In this document: in pieces, positions 1 through 8,566 of the stretch
Numbering within the stretch: position 1 is the first letter of the stretch
How the letters are laid out: each line of letters opens with the position of its first letter
Assembly: GCA_002269645.1 (NCBI GenBank)
Contig: NIVC01004292.1
Coordinates: 1 to 51,574 of the forward strand
Reading direction: 5' to 3'
Length of the DNA stretch: 51,574 bases
From: Macrostomum lignano
Lineage: Eukaryota
The notes under the pieces: generated by a model
Seen by the model: only the letters and a program-made list of their open reading frames with translations
Told to the model about the DNA's origin: nothing
Database searches by the model: none
Made by a program: the position numbers and the translations under genes

Positions 1-583
1 GGACTGGCAGATGGCTCGATTTGCGAAAGGTCCGTCGGGCTGATGTCGGCCTCTAGCACCGCGGCAAGGTGCTCCCTCGGGTGTACCACCTCCCCCGGGG
101 TGTACCTCCAGCGGGGTGGGTGTCCAGCGAGTGTACCTCCAGCGGGTGGGCCTCCCGCGAGTGTACATCCGGCCGGCTGGGCGTCCAGCGAGTGTACCTT
201 CAGCGCATGGGCCTCCCTCGGGGTGTACATCCGGCGGGGGGATTCCCGCCCCTCCCACCAATGTCGTGTGCACGCGGTTAGTGTAGGAAGGAAACCCCCG
301 ATGCTGACGCAGCCCTGTACACTGAGCAACCGGCCCCCCATGCGGGGGACAGAGAGCAGCCCTGTAGCAGGAGGGGTAGTGCGTGGAGAGCCGCCATCCC
401 CCTGTAGCAGGGACAGATAACAGGCGACCCCTGTAGCAGTATGAGGTGGGGTACAAAGAGACACGGGGTGCTGGGACAGAGAGTGCGTGGAGGCACCCTG
501 CGCTGCCCTGGCATGTCGCAGCACGCGGCGTGGACAGAGAGGGAGTGTGAGTCACACGGAGGGACAGAGAGCTTCCCCCCAGG
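1..583. repeat. Left TIR of the Polinton-like element (outer few bases cut by window edge)
   Basis: ggactggcagatggctcgat... is the reverse complement of ...atcgagccatctgccagtcc ending at 10446. The match extends inward to ...gagagcttcccc(cc)agg near 583. Confidence 0.95.
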
Positions 584-674
584 GCAGTAGAGGACTTGAA
601 AAGAAAAAACACGTATTTTAGTTGTTTCAGGTTCAGGCCATCCGGCAAACAGAGCAAAGCTCTCCAACAGTGTT

Positions 675-1304
675 TTATTTAGCATAAACTACGGGGTAGC
701 GCCCCAACACATTAGCATAGTAGCGAACAGATGCGTTCTGCAAGCAATTAACAATCAAGTAGGAGTAGGGCTCCCTAGTGGCGTCTTCGTACATTTGAAC
801 AAAACTTTTTGGGTTAGCGGGGACAAGCTGCTTTGCAATATGGGCGACTGTACTAACGTCCCGTACATTGCGGAACAATACAAGGTAGTTTGCGTTAAGG
901 GATTGAGTGCGGTGCTCCTTGCCCTTGGCAAACAGGTTTTGTACAAGGTACCAAAGCCGGAATCCCACATGGCTGACTTTGCGAGTGAAAAATGCGGTAA
1001 AAGCAGCGTTTTTTTCCATGGCTTGCATTTGATCATCGACAACGAGTAGAATATTCGGAGCGGGAACATAGGTTTCAGGGTTAAATGTAGACGAGCGAAA
1101 ATTGACAGGGTACGGTAATTCAAACAGTTCCGGGTCTGGATAGTGCCCAAACCAATCAACGCGAACAGGCTTAGGGTCCTGAAAAAACTCGTTTCGCAGC
1201 AATTCTTTAACAAGAGTTGTTTTTCCGCTCTGGTTAACACCAGCAAAAATCGCCGAAGTATTTGGAGCAAACTTTAGAGCGTCAGGATCAATTGTTTGGT
1301 ACAT
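675..1304 (-). CDS. A32-like (FtsK/HerA) genome packaging ATPase, ~209 aa
   Basis: Walker A GVNQSGKT, Walker B LLVVDD, and TRKVSH / LVQNLF / SLNANYLVLFRNVRD motifs typical of Polinton ATPases. ATG is at 1304; the track start at 1328 is TTG. Confidence 0.93.
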   Translation of the reverse strand: MYQTIDPDALKFAPNTSAIFAGVNQSGKTTLVKELLRNEFFQDPKPVRVDWFGHYPDPELFELPYPVNFRSSTFNPETYVPAPNILLVVDDQMQAMEKNAAFTAFFTRKVSHVGFRLWYLVQNLFAKGKEHRTQSLNANYLVLFRNVRDVSTVAHIAKQLVPANPKSFVQMYEDATREPYSYLIVNCLQNASVRYYANVLGRYPVVYAK

Positions 1305-1338
1305 TTTCAGGGCGAGTTGACACTCCAAATATTAAAAA

Positions 1339-1776
1339 CTATTTTATTTGTAGAACATGTTTTCGAACCATCAAATCATTTTCAAGCAGATTGGTAGAGT
1401 AACATTCCCTTAAAATCTTTTCAATCGACAACCCCTCTAAAAAGTGCTTTTCGGCCACAAAAATCACATGCGGCCCACACGCTACACTTAGAGGGTGTTG
1501 AACAGGGTGGCGATTCATAGCAACAGGTGAATGTACATGCTTCGAGATCCAAGCCGAGAGCAATTCCGGCACGGGTTCAATACACAGAGGGTCAAAAAAT
1601 GTCACACTCTTATCATCGTGTAGGCAAATCAGTCCCCAGTGGGTGCCTGGCAGATTACCCGTGTCAAAATTAATTACATATGCAGCAGGGTAAACAGGTG
1701 CAGGAATTCTGTCGAGAGGGCAAACGTGCACTTCCACAGGTAGTTTTAAACGCTCCAAAATTTCCAACGTGTTCAT
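1339..1776 (-). CDS. Adenain-like (C5) cysteine maturation protease, 145 aa
   Basis: GTHW (His), FFDP (Asp) and QHPLSVACG (Gln, Cys) catalytic motifs. The ATG overlaps the major capsid stop (ATGA). Confidence 0.92.
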   Translation of the reverse strand: MNTLEILERLKLPVEVHVCPLDRIPAPVYPAAYVINFDTGNLPGTHWGLICLHDDKSVTFFDPLCIEPVPELLSAWISKHVHSPVAMNRHPVQHPLSVACGPHVIFVAEKHFLEGLSIEKILRECYSTNLLENDLMVRKHVLQIK

Positions 1777-3054
1777 ACGTAGTCCAGAATGGGCTGGCGG
1801 CCTCTAGTGATTTGCACCGCGTTGTCAAAGTAACCAAACACCAAAACGTTAATCCCGGCAGGTAGGGCTGCAGAAAACTTTATCTGTAGGGTCAGATTCC
1901 CTCTCTCGCGAGGCATGCTATGTCCACCCAGTTCCATATCGGGCATTAGATTCCACGCAAATAAGCAGTAACCGGCGCGATAATCCGAATATGACAGGTC
2001 AATGTCCAAATCGCGATTCATTTTCCCTAGGCTCTTAAACAGCATGGCGTATTCGCGAGCATAGTTTTGGGCAGCGAACCTTGGAGTGAATGGTTGACCG
2101 CACAGACTGACACCGTCCTTGTACAGGGCCACACTGTCAGCCCCAAATGGCTCGAAATTGAACGGATTATGGGTGCCACCCCGTTATATGCGGCACTATT
2201 TACCATCCCATAATGACAAGTTTAGGCTTCTGCTCCGGGAAAATATTATTGATTGACACGTCGCGAACTCCTACAGCGACAGAGGTGTTGTGTACAACGA
2301 GGCGCTCGATGGGGTAGACTGCATTCTGAGTTGCCAGCTGTTCTTCAATCTCCAAGGCCAGTTGGGGGTTAGCCTTTACCCGACGAACGTGTAATTTTGC
2401 ACTTTGAAGAACCAACTTTGCATCAACCCCTTCGGCGTGATTCTCTACAACGAATCCCGAATTTTGCAGAGTGAGCGTAACCACCATATCAGTGTAGGGT
2501 AGCAGCATACGATCGTTGGTGACAAAAAAGTCGAGACTAAGAGGGCCATACAGGTGAAATGTTCGAGAACCGGCAGCCATCGCCTTGCGAGTTACAAAGC
2601 CAGGATTTCCAACCGCAGCCATTTGACCCCCAGCGTCTTTAGCGTAGCCCATCATCCGCAGTTGGTTAGACTTTGAATCAGACCCATAACTCAAGCATGT
2701 ACGAATGTACGCCTTGTAGGCGTGGTTGTTGTTGCTAGACTCGATATGTGTACCATTTATGGAAAGAGACACGTTTTTGAACATGGTCTCCAAGAGGTAA
2801 TTGATTGGCGCCACGTTTGAATCCGCCGCCAAATCGGCTCCATTAGCTCTTTTAATACAACCTTTAATCTCGAGATCAATGTCATTAAGATCGACAAACG
2901 TCTCGCCGCCCACAATTCTAAACTCAACCACACTCGCATTTTCGACGCTGGCAACCGGGTGGATTTCTTCAGTAGTTGAACCTACAGCGGCAATCTGGTG
3001 GGCTCGAGGGGCAAAGAGCTCAAACTCGGACTTTGTACACAGACACTCGGACAT
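1773..3054 (-). CDS. Major capsid protein (double jelly-roll), ~427 aa after repairing two 1-bp deletions near 2207 and 2172
   Basis: N-terminus MSECLCTKSEFELF and C-terminus GNLTLQIKFSAALP...YFDNAVQITRGR..ILDY are Polinton MCP hallmarks. The gap between track ORFs reads MG-MVNSAAYNGVA-HNPFNFEPFG across two frame changes. Confidence 0.9.
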
Positions 3055-3083
3055 GTTTAGTAGACAGACTCGATTCGGCGAAT

Positions 3084-3428
3084 CTAATTGAAGCGGGGCT
3101 TTTTATTTATAGTGCTGAAAATGTCTGAATTGAGACGCTTCGGAGCCTTTTTTCTTCTTCGTCCGCTACCCCTTTGGGTAACCGTGTCTTTAAAGGCGTC
3201 CTTGGCAGCCTGAACAGAATTGCGCAGGACAGACTCCTTCAAATTGCCTCCTTGCTCGAGGCTATCGTTAACAGTAGTTGCTAGGGCTCTAGTACCATGA
3301 CGGAGAACGTTTTTACCAAAACTCTTTAGAATTGGCAGCGCGAAGCGGGCAATGCTTCCAAACAAACCGTTGCCCCTCTGGGCGCCCGCGAAAACAGGCA
3401 AAGCTCCACCAATCAGAATAGAAGGCAT
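3084..3428 (-). CDS. Small basic virion core/membrane-active protein (conserved Polinton ORF, adenovirus pX/pVI-like), 114 aa
   Basis: PVFAGAQRGNGLFGSIARFALPILK amphipathic N-terminus, second QRGSG motif, basic tail RRRKK. Lies between the minor and major capsid genes as in Polintons. Confidence 0.7.
   Translation of the reverse strand: MPSILIGGALPVFAGAQRGNGLFGSIARFALPILKSFGKNVLRHGTRALATTVNDSLEQGGNLKESVLRNSVQAAKDAFKDTVTQRGSGRRRKKAPKRLNSDIFSTINKKPRFN
3102..3111 (-). promoter_or_regulatory. TATAAATAAA box embedded in the core-protein 3' end
   Basis: 57 bp upstream of major capsid ATG 3054. Confidence 0.6.
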
Positions 3429-3466
3429 GATTAAGCACTAGGATATAGTTTACTGAGGCTGTGCTG

Positions 3467-3476
3467 TTTATTTATA
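3467..3476 (-). promoter_or_regulatory. TATAAATAAA box (also minor capsid stop and AATAAA)
   Basis: 48 bp upstream of ATG 3428. Confidence 0.6.
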
Positions 3477-4611
3477 GCTTCTTTTCGCGGATGTTAACGC
3501 TCAAGACGGTCTTGCCCCTCATTACTTTTGTCATATCCCTGCCCATATCATCGTTAATTTGTACTTCAATAGTTTTGAATGGGTGCTTAACCAGCGGTAG
3601 ATATGCCGGATTGACAAACTCGTAGTACTCGCGACCGCCCTGAACTTTGGGATCCATCGGTATAGCTCCCAACAGAGGAACTTTAACGTCTCCTACAATA
3701 ACAGAATCGACTATGCTCGAATAGATGTACATTGTTTGTATTCCACCGGTTAATTCCATTGATGCGTTTGCGTAGAAATCCGATATACCGAAAAATGGGG
3801 TTGTATAATCATGCTCTGGGAAACCAAGCACGCTGGTCAAGCGCCCCAGCCCAAACATGTAATCCACCGAGCCGATGTAATAACACCTATTCGTAACTTC
3901 GCTGTATCCGAAAAAGTCCTTTCTAGGTGCTGGAGCCGCTATGAGATCTTTGATCCGTTTCCAAATTAAATCGTTGAGTTCCTCCACCAATCTTTTAGGT
4001 GTACTATAGTATCCACCCTGCATAAAATAGATTTGATCAGACGCTGCGCTAGTAACTTGTCTTATTATTGGAGCGTGGTCCATTGACTGTACAGTCGGTT
4101 CCTCAACAACTGCGGTGATGGAGGCTGCACACCCCGCGTGTAATACGAGTTCAGTAGGTAGATCCTCATTAGACTCGAAGCCGGCGACTAGTTTAAACAC
4201 CTTGGGTAGGGCATCCGGGAATTTGATGCCGACGGTGGATTTTGAAGTATTCACAATCATAAAGGCGGTTGGGGATGTTCTTAAAAAGACAATTTTCTTA
4301 TTATCCCCTTCAACGTATCGGATACCGTTTAGAAAGCCGGAAATACATTCTTCAGGGGTTTTCAGACCCGCTGCGAGACAAAGGCTTGCAAACGACGAAG
4401 CCGTCAAGAGGCCCTCCTGTTCGCGAATGGTGATCGGTATAGATTTTTTGAAAGATTCAAATTCTTTGGTAAAGTAGATCCGTTCGAGGCAAACCTCATG
4501 ATTCGGAAAGTGGAGAGTGTCCGGTAAATTAATAAAATAATGAGCCGGATTATTTTCGGGATAGTGCTCGGGGCACGCATTGCTAGGCAGAAAGAGATGC
4601 ATGGTAGCCAT
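3472..4611 (-). CDS. Minor capsid (penton-like, single jelly-roll) protein, 379 aa
   Basis: N-terminal LFLPSNA...YPENNPAHYFINLP...EVCL and C-terminal MYIYSSIVD.VIVGDVKVPLL...YLPL...IEVQINDD.G motifs. Confidence 0.88.
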   Translation of the reverse strand: MATMHLFLPSNACPEHYPENNPAHYFINLPDTLHFPNHEVCLERIYFTKEFESFKKSIPITIREQEGLLTASSFASLCLAAGLKTPEECISGFLNGIRYVEGDNKKIVFLRTSPTAFMIVNTSKSTVGIKFPDALPKVFKLVAGFESNEDLPTELVLHAGCAASITAVVEEPTVQSMDHAPIIRQVTSAASDQIYFMQGGYYSTPKRLVEELNDLIWKRIKDLIAAPAPRKDFFGYSEVTNRCYYIGSVDYMFGLGRLTSVLGFPEHDYTTPFFGISDFYANASMELTGGIQTMYIYSSIVDSVIVGDVKVPLLGAIPMDPKVQGGREYYEFVNPAYLPLVKHPFKTIEVQINDDMGRDMTKVMRGKTVLSVNIREKKL

Positions 4612-4614
4612 GCA

Positions 4615-5693
4615 TTAGTTATTATTACGTTGACGTATATTTATAACTTCATTTACAGGTACAAATGAATTAAAAGTGTCGGGATAACCGCGCCAGCTAA
4701 CGTAATGGTGCGCAACACCATTTATTAACACGTTTCTACGCAAAACTTTATTGATTACAAAACGCTCGGGTCGGGTAGATTTGGACAGTTCATTGTAGTA
4801 AAACCGTCCCTCAATCACTTCACCAGACAAATCAGAAATACGATAAAAATGTGGGGGTCCAGGGCAAACTTTGGATATAATGTACACCTCCTCACTATAC
4901 ATGTCGTACGCCTCCTTGTCGAATGCCCTGCGAGATTTCGAAATTCTCACAAAATCCCCCTTTTTATATACGGGGTCGTCTTTTTGCTGATCCGGGTAGA
5001 GCTTTTCCCACACACGCTTCTGATTGTGGAACCCTACACTTGACGGTTTCATCTCAATAGTAGAATGCGTCGTGTTGTTGTAATTGCCTACAAATTAGGT
5101 AAGTAGTCAACCCAACGCCACGTGTTGTTGTGCTCAAAGTAGCGAGCCAGACGCTTTCGAAGAGTTCTAATCAGCCTCTCGGCCATGTTTGCCTTGTACA
5201 CAGAGTTGGTGCTGTACATTTTAACATTATTGTCTTTTAGTATGCGGCGCATTCGCTGATTATAAAACTCGGTACCCCGATCCACGTGAAGGTAAAGGGG
5301 GCGGGCAGGGAAATCATTCGCCAACATTGACTCAAACGCTGCGGGGGTATCACTCTTTAGTTTAATTGCCCTACAAAAAGCCTGCTTACTAAGCACATCA
5401 ATAATAACTAGTATATATTTATGTCCGTCATTCCAACGTTTGTATCGCGACATGTCCATCAAATCGGCTTGTAGAGTTTCCATGAATCCTCCCGACATTA
5501 CTTTTCCCGTTTTAAATGTCCTGTTGACTCTCCGGTGACGGGTGTAACTCGGTTGGGTTTCTAGCCATTCCCTGGTTTGGCGTCTTGTCAGGTTTGGCGC
5601 CAGACGTTTGGCCTCCTGATAGACACGGGCAGCATTTGAAAAAGCGGCGGCTCCTTGTTCGTAAACTCGACGAAGAGCGGTTAGAGCCCTCAT
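4615..5693 (-). CDS. Retroviral-type (rve) DDE integrase with C-terminal SH3/chromo-like domains, ~359 aa after repairing a 1-bp deletion at ~5093
   Basis: LQADL (D), HVDRGTEF (D) and AERLIRTL (E). The repaired junction reads PNFVGNYNNTTHSTIEMKP. C-terminus has YKKGDFVRIS and chromo-like YVSWRGYPDTFNSFV. Confidence 0.93.
4636..4645 (-). promoter_or_regulatory. TATAAATATA box embedded in the integrase 3' end
   Basis: 34/43 bp upstream of minor capsid ATGs 4611/4602. Confidence 0.55.
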
Positions 5694-5790
5694 TGACAAC
5701 AAGTGTGGATGCACAGCATGAATAGTTGCACGTAATGTCGGCTGGGGAGTTGTCTACACAAAGCTTTGACGCGGCTGCTGCTGCGCCCAT
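5512..5790 (-). CDS. Putative small Cys-rich ORF overprinted on the integrase 5' end, possible N-myristoylation (MGAAAAAS), 92 aa
   Basis: True ATG lies 44 bp downstream of a TATAAATA box and is the first ATG after it. No recognisable homology. Confidence 0.4.
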   Translation of the reverse strand: MGAAAAASKLCVDNSPADITCNYSCCASTLVVNEGSNRSSSSLRTRSRRFFKCCPCLSGGQTSGAKPDKTPNQGMARNPTELHPSPESQQDI

Positions 5791-5824
5791 GACCGCCGGG
5801 CGCGCGTTATGTTTGGACTAGGGT

Positions 5825-5834
5825 TCTATTTATA
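5825..5834 (-). promoter_or_regulatory. TATAAATAGA box (contains upstream stop TAG)
   Basis: 44 bp upstream of ATG 5790 and 141 bp upstream of integrase ATG 5693. Confidence 0.55.
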
Positions 5835-6452
5835 AAGAGTCACGTATTTTTTCTTTTTCTCGGGTGGTCTTAGTTGGTAATCGTGATATTTACCCACCCC
5901 GGTACCTTGATCGACAAGTTTGGGCATAGCATTTACACCTTTGTTGCGCGTGGTCGTTAAATCGCGGGTGTCTGTCGCAATTGTGTGCTCATATTCATCG
6001 CGGTAATCGTCGGTACCAACCATATGGTCAACCTTCTTTTCCTCCACAGGGAGCTGTTTCCGACCGAGCATAGACATTGGTATACGGGCCTTGTCTAGCA
6101 GAGCCCAGAAAGCGGTTGAATATTTCGGGTGATTATTAGTGTTGGTGGTGACGGCTTGTAGAAGATCAAAAACGTTGCTGCCACCCCAAGTTTCACCATC
6201 AAAAACGACTTCCCACGATTGGTTGTAATTTAGGCTGGGGTGCTTTTCTGTTAGTATATTCCATATACGTTGTTGCCTATCAGAAAATAGCTGCTTTGTC
6301 GTCTTTTGGGGTTTTACTTTAGCCAATTGGGTCTGTAGCTTTGCATTGTACTCTACAAGTTTTTCGTACTCCGATTTTGGGGCAATTTCTCGCGGAGTAC
6401 CCTGTCTAAGCTGATTGAATTCCTCCTCGGGGACCACAACGTACTTGTCCAT
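5826..6452 (-). CDS. Conserved uncharacterised Polinton protein (PZ-like), ~208 aa
   Basis: MDKYVVVP start and LNYNQSWEVVFDGETWGGSNVFDLL...FWALL...IP motif resemble a recurrent Polinton ORF. ATG is at 6452; the track start at 6539 is TTG. Confidence 0.6.
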   Translation of the reverse strand: MDKYVVVPEEEFNQLRQGTPREIAPKSEYEKLVEYNAKLQTQLAKVKPQKTTKQLFSDRQQRIWNILTEKHPSLNYNQSWEVVFDGETWGGSNVFDLLQAVTTNTNNHPKYSTAFWALLDKARIPMSMLGRKQLPVEEKKVDHMVGTDDYRDEYEHTIATDTRDLTTTRNKGVNAMPKLVDQGTGVGKYHDYQLRPPEKKKKYVTLYK

Positions 6453-6454
6453 TT

Positions 6455-6816
6455 TCAACGTCGTTGTCCTAGCAGACCACCAAACAGTCCAGTGATTAAC
6501 GTGCAGCAATCTTGGCGAGAATTGGTAGGAATCCTCCAACTTGAGGGTCCGATAGTATCATATTCTTCTTCCTATTTATAGACAGTTTTTTGTCGGCCAT
6601 GTCATGCAGGGCTTCTCTATAACGTTTCAACCTTGCAAACTGTCTAGGGGATAGATCGATATTGCCCTTGAGTACATTGTGGCTTAACTCGCACAGACAC
6701 TGCATCAACTCATTATCGGCTCCCCTAATAATGGCCCTCCTTCGATGTGGTCGCGCGTCACCGAGCTCCTCTAGCTCGCGACGGCAAGAACAAAGACGAG
6801 AAATTCCGTTTGTCAT
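6455..6816 (-). CDS. Conserved small Polinton protein with amphipathic C-terminus, ~120 aa after repairing a 1-bp deletion at ~6501
   Basis: RRRAIIRGAD..LMQCLCELSHNVLKGNI.L....LKRYREAL...QVGGFLPILAKIAA. Adding one C continues PLITGLFGGLLGQRR* and places the stop 2 bp before the next ATG. Confidence 0.75.
6571..6580 (-). promoter_or_regulatory. TATAAATAGG box
   Basis: Lies inside a CDS, 128 bp upstream of ATG 6452. Confidence 0.4.
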
Positions 6817-6859
6817 TATTAAGGTGGTAAGCATTGCGTGCATACATGTGCATATTTTG

Positions 6860-6869
6860 TTTATTTATA
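6860..6869 (-). promoter_or_regulatory. TATAAATAAA box
   Basis: 53 bp upstream of ATG 6816, just after the TBP-like stop. Confidence 0.6.
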
Positions 6870-6881
6870 AGCAAAGCATAA

Positions 6882-7400
6882 TTAGAGTTGCAGAATAGCA
6901 GTCACGTGGTCGTACATTTTACACAGTTCGTCATAGTTTCGTATTCCTAGGAACACTAACCGACCATTCTTTCCGCACAGCAGGCACTTGGCCTTGCGGA
7001 ATGGGGACTTTATTACAAGCCCATTGAATACCTCACTCTCCCACTCAACCCAGCGCGAGCTCGAGTTGGCAAGGCGGAAAAAGTTTGGCTTAACATTAAC
7101 TTCTGCACGATAAGTACCGGTAGTGATAACAACAGAGTTTGGTTTACATTGAGCAAAAAGACGCAGCACATCGTTGGTTGATTGGCAACCAAAAACAATG
7201 GCAGATAATGAACGTTTGAAAAAGTTTATTGTACACTTTCCGATCCTCAGGTTGTACAATGCCCGGGGTCTATGAAACGTTCTAGCGCGCGCCCAGTCCA
7301 AGTTCGGTAGGTGGTTCCACCTTGCGCAAAACACCCTGTTTACGCACACGACGTTCTGCAAGCGGTTTTTTCGGTTGCTTTTGTTTCCGCTCAGCTCCAC
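6882..7400 (-). CDS. Divergent TATA-binding protein (TBP)-like ORF; no in-frame ATG before the domain
   Basis: RLQNVVCVNRVFC ~ TBP QLQNIVSTVNLGC; TINFFKRSLSAIVFGCQS ~ TALIFSSGKMVCTGAKS; WESEVFNGLVIK ~ YEPELFPGLIYR; GKNGRLVFLGIRNYDELCKMYDHVTAIL ~ [27 protein letters not shown]. Order and spacing fit the two-repeat TBP saddle. Confidence 0.72.
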   Translation of the reverse strand: MELSGNKSNRKNRLQNVVCVNRVFCARWNHLPNLDWARARTFHRPRALYNLRIGKCTINFFKRSLSAIVFGCQSTNDVLRLFAQCKPNSVVITTGTYRAEVNVKPNFFRLANSSSRWVEWESEVFNGLVIKSPFRKAKCLLCGKNGRLVFLGIRNYDELCKMYDHVTAILQL

Positions 7401-7962
7401 CAGCTCCGCGCTTGCGTCCTACCTTGATTTTTAACGGTGGAATCCAGTAGCAGCGGTCAAACGCCTGCTTGGGAGCTTCTATGAATTGCAGTTGTTGAAT
7501 TTTCGGCACCGCGGTTAGAACCGAGTCGTGAATCACCGCCGTGTCTAGGGCGAACAGTACTCTATAGTAGCCCGTCTTGTTCTTGTAGTCGGTGCACAAC
7601 TTGCCGCTCTTGTCGTACATTTTAAAGTCGTGAGCCAATCCGAATGCAGCGCTGTCGCAGCCAAAAGTGGGGTTGTACCCCAATAGCGCCATTCCTTGGA
7701 TAGAGAGCTGGTGACACACGGAATTGAACGCTTCTGGTATGCAGCTCTCCAAGTGCTTTTGGGAAAGAATGATGAATTCGCGGCCTTCATTGTCGGTTCT
7801 CACACCCTTGACAATCAGTACGGGCGTCGCATTGGCAAGATAGAGAGGGCCCTGTTCGTCGTACTCAATGTCGTACGTCTCGGTTCCGTTGTAGCTTGGA
7901 CCTCTCGACTTGAGAGAGAATAGGTCGATCCTAACACTATTGTAGTCTTGAACGGTATCCAT
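7282..7962 (-). CDS. Putative OB-fold single-stranded DNA-binding protein (DUF2738/T7 gp2.5-like) with basic tail
   Basis: GPLYLANATP and MYDKSGK...YYRVLFALD...VPKIQQLQFIE resemble viral SSB motifs. The ATG at 7962 is 51 bp below TATATAAG. The track's longer start at 8073 is not ATG-supported. Confidence 0.45.
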   Translation of the reverse strand: MDTVQDYNSVRIDLFSLKSRGPSYNGTETYDIEYDEQGPLYLANATPVLIVKGVRTDNEGREFIILSQKHLESCIPEAFNSVCHQLSIQGMALLGYNPTFGCDSAAFGLAHDFKMYDKSGKLCTDYKNKTGYYRVLFALDTAVIHDSVLTAVPKIQQLQFIEAPKQAFDRCYWIPPLKIKVGRKRGAGGAERKQKQPKKPLAERRVRKQGVLRKVEPPTELGLGAR

Positions 7963-8005
7963 GTTGCTGCTGCTGCTGAGAGTGGGTCTCGCTCCTGAGC
8001 GCCTC

Positions 8006-8013
8006 CTTATATA
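8006..8013 (-). promoter_or_regulatory. TATATAAG box upstream of the SSB-like gene
   Basis: 51 bp upstream of ATG 7962. Confidence 0.45.
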
Positions 8014-8050
8014 CCCTTGGCGCGGAGGGTGGGGTGGCTGGGCGTTTTTG

Positions 8051-8566
8051 TTATAGTCCTTCTTTAACGACACTTTCCGGTGTTGGAAATCCGGAAAAAA
8101 TAAACCTTTTGTTTCGATCTTCTGGTCGAGGGGTTTGAGGCGTGTCGTGAATGCAGCTGCAGTGAGGGTTGATAGTCAACTTCGCTAGCACTGGTCTACT
8201 GTGTTTAGGTCGCCAAATCCTTTGGTGTTCCGTCCACGAGGGAGCAATCGGCTGGTGATTCCGGTACCGTATTTTCTCACGATGATCCTCTTGTAATATT
8301 GGGGCAATTATCTGCTCCATTCTTTGAAGATTGGCTTTGAAATGCATCTTGTCTCTAAAGTAGTAGTCAATTCGGGCATCTGTATATTCTTGGGTGCTGT
8401 AAGGCCCTTGCCCAATTTCGTCTACCTCGACATTAAAGGTGACTAATCGTTCGGGAATTGGTTTGCCGTGACAAATGCATAACCAGTCTGTGGACTTTTT
8501 CAGGGTCTCGTACTCTGCCCTTTCTTTGCTCGATAAAAGCGGGTAGTCTCGAGAAATCCAGCTCAT
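8051..8566 (-). CDS. Orphan viral protein, 171 aa
   Basis: ATG overlaps the upstream stop (ATGA at 8563-8566) and the ORF is co-oriented with all element genes. No family recognised. Confidence 0.6.
   Translation of the reverse strand: MSWISRDYPLLSSKERAEYETLKKSTDWLCICHGKPIPERLVTFNVEVDEIGQGPYSTQEYTDARIDYYFRDKMHFKANLQRMEQIIAPILQEDHREKIRYRNHQPIAPSWTEHQRIWRPKHSRPVLAKLTINPHCSCIHDTPQTPRPEDRNKRFIFSGFPTPESVVKEGL

Noticed and set aside
43-685. ORFs in the left TIR (and mirrored ORFs at 9719-10464)
   Set aside because: They are GC-rich TIR sequence, appear on both strands and at both ends, have low-complexity translations and no motifs.
4961-4970. TATATAAAAA on the minus strand inside the integrase
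   Set aside because: It is explained by the codons for VYKK, and there is no gene start at the expected distance.
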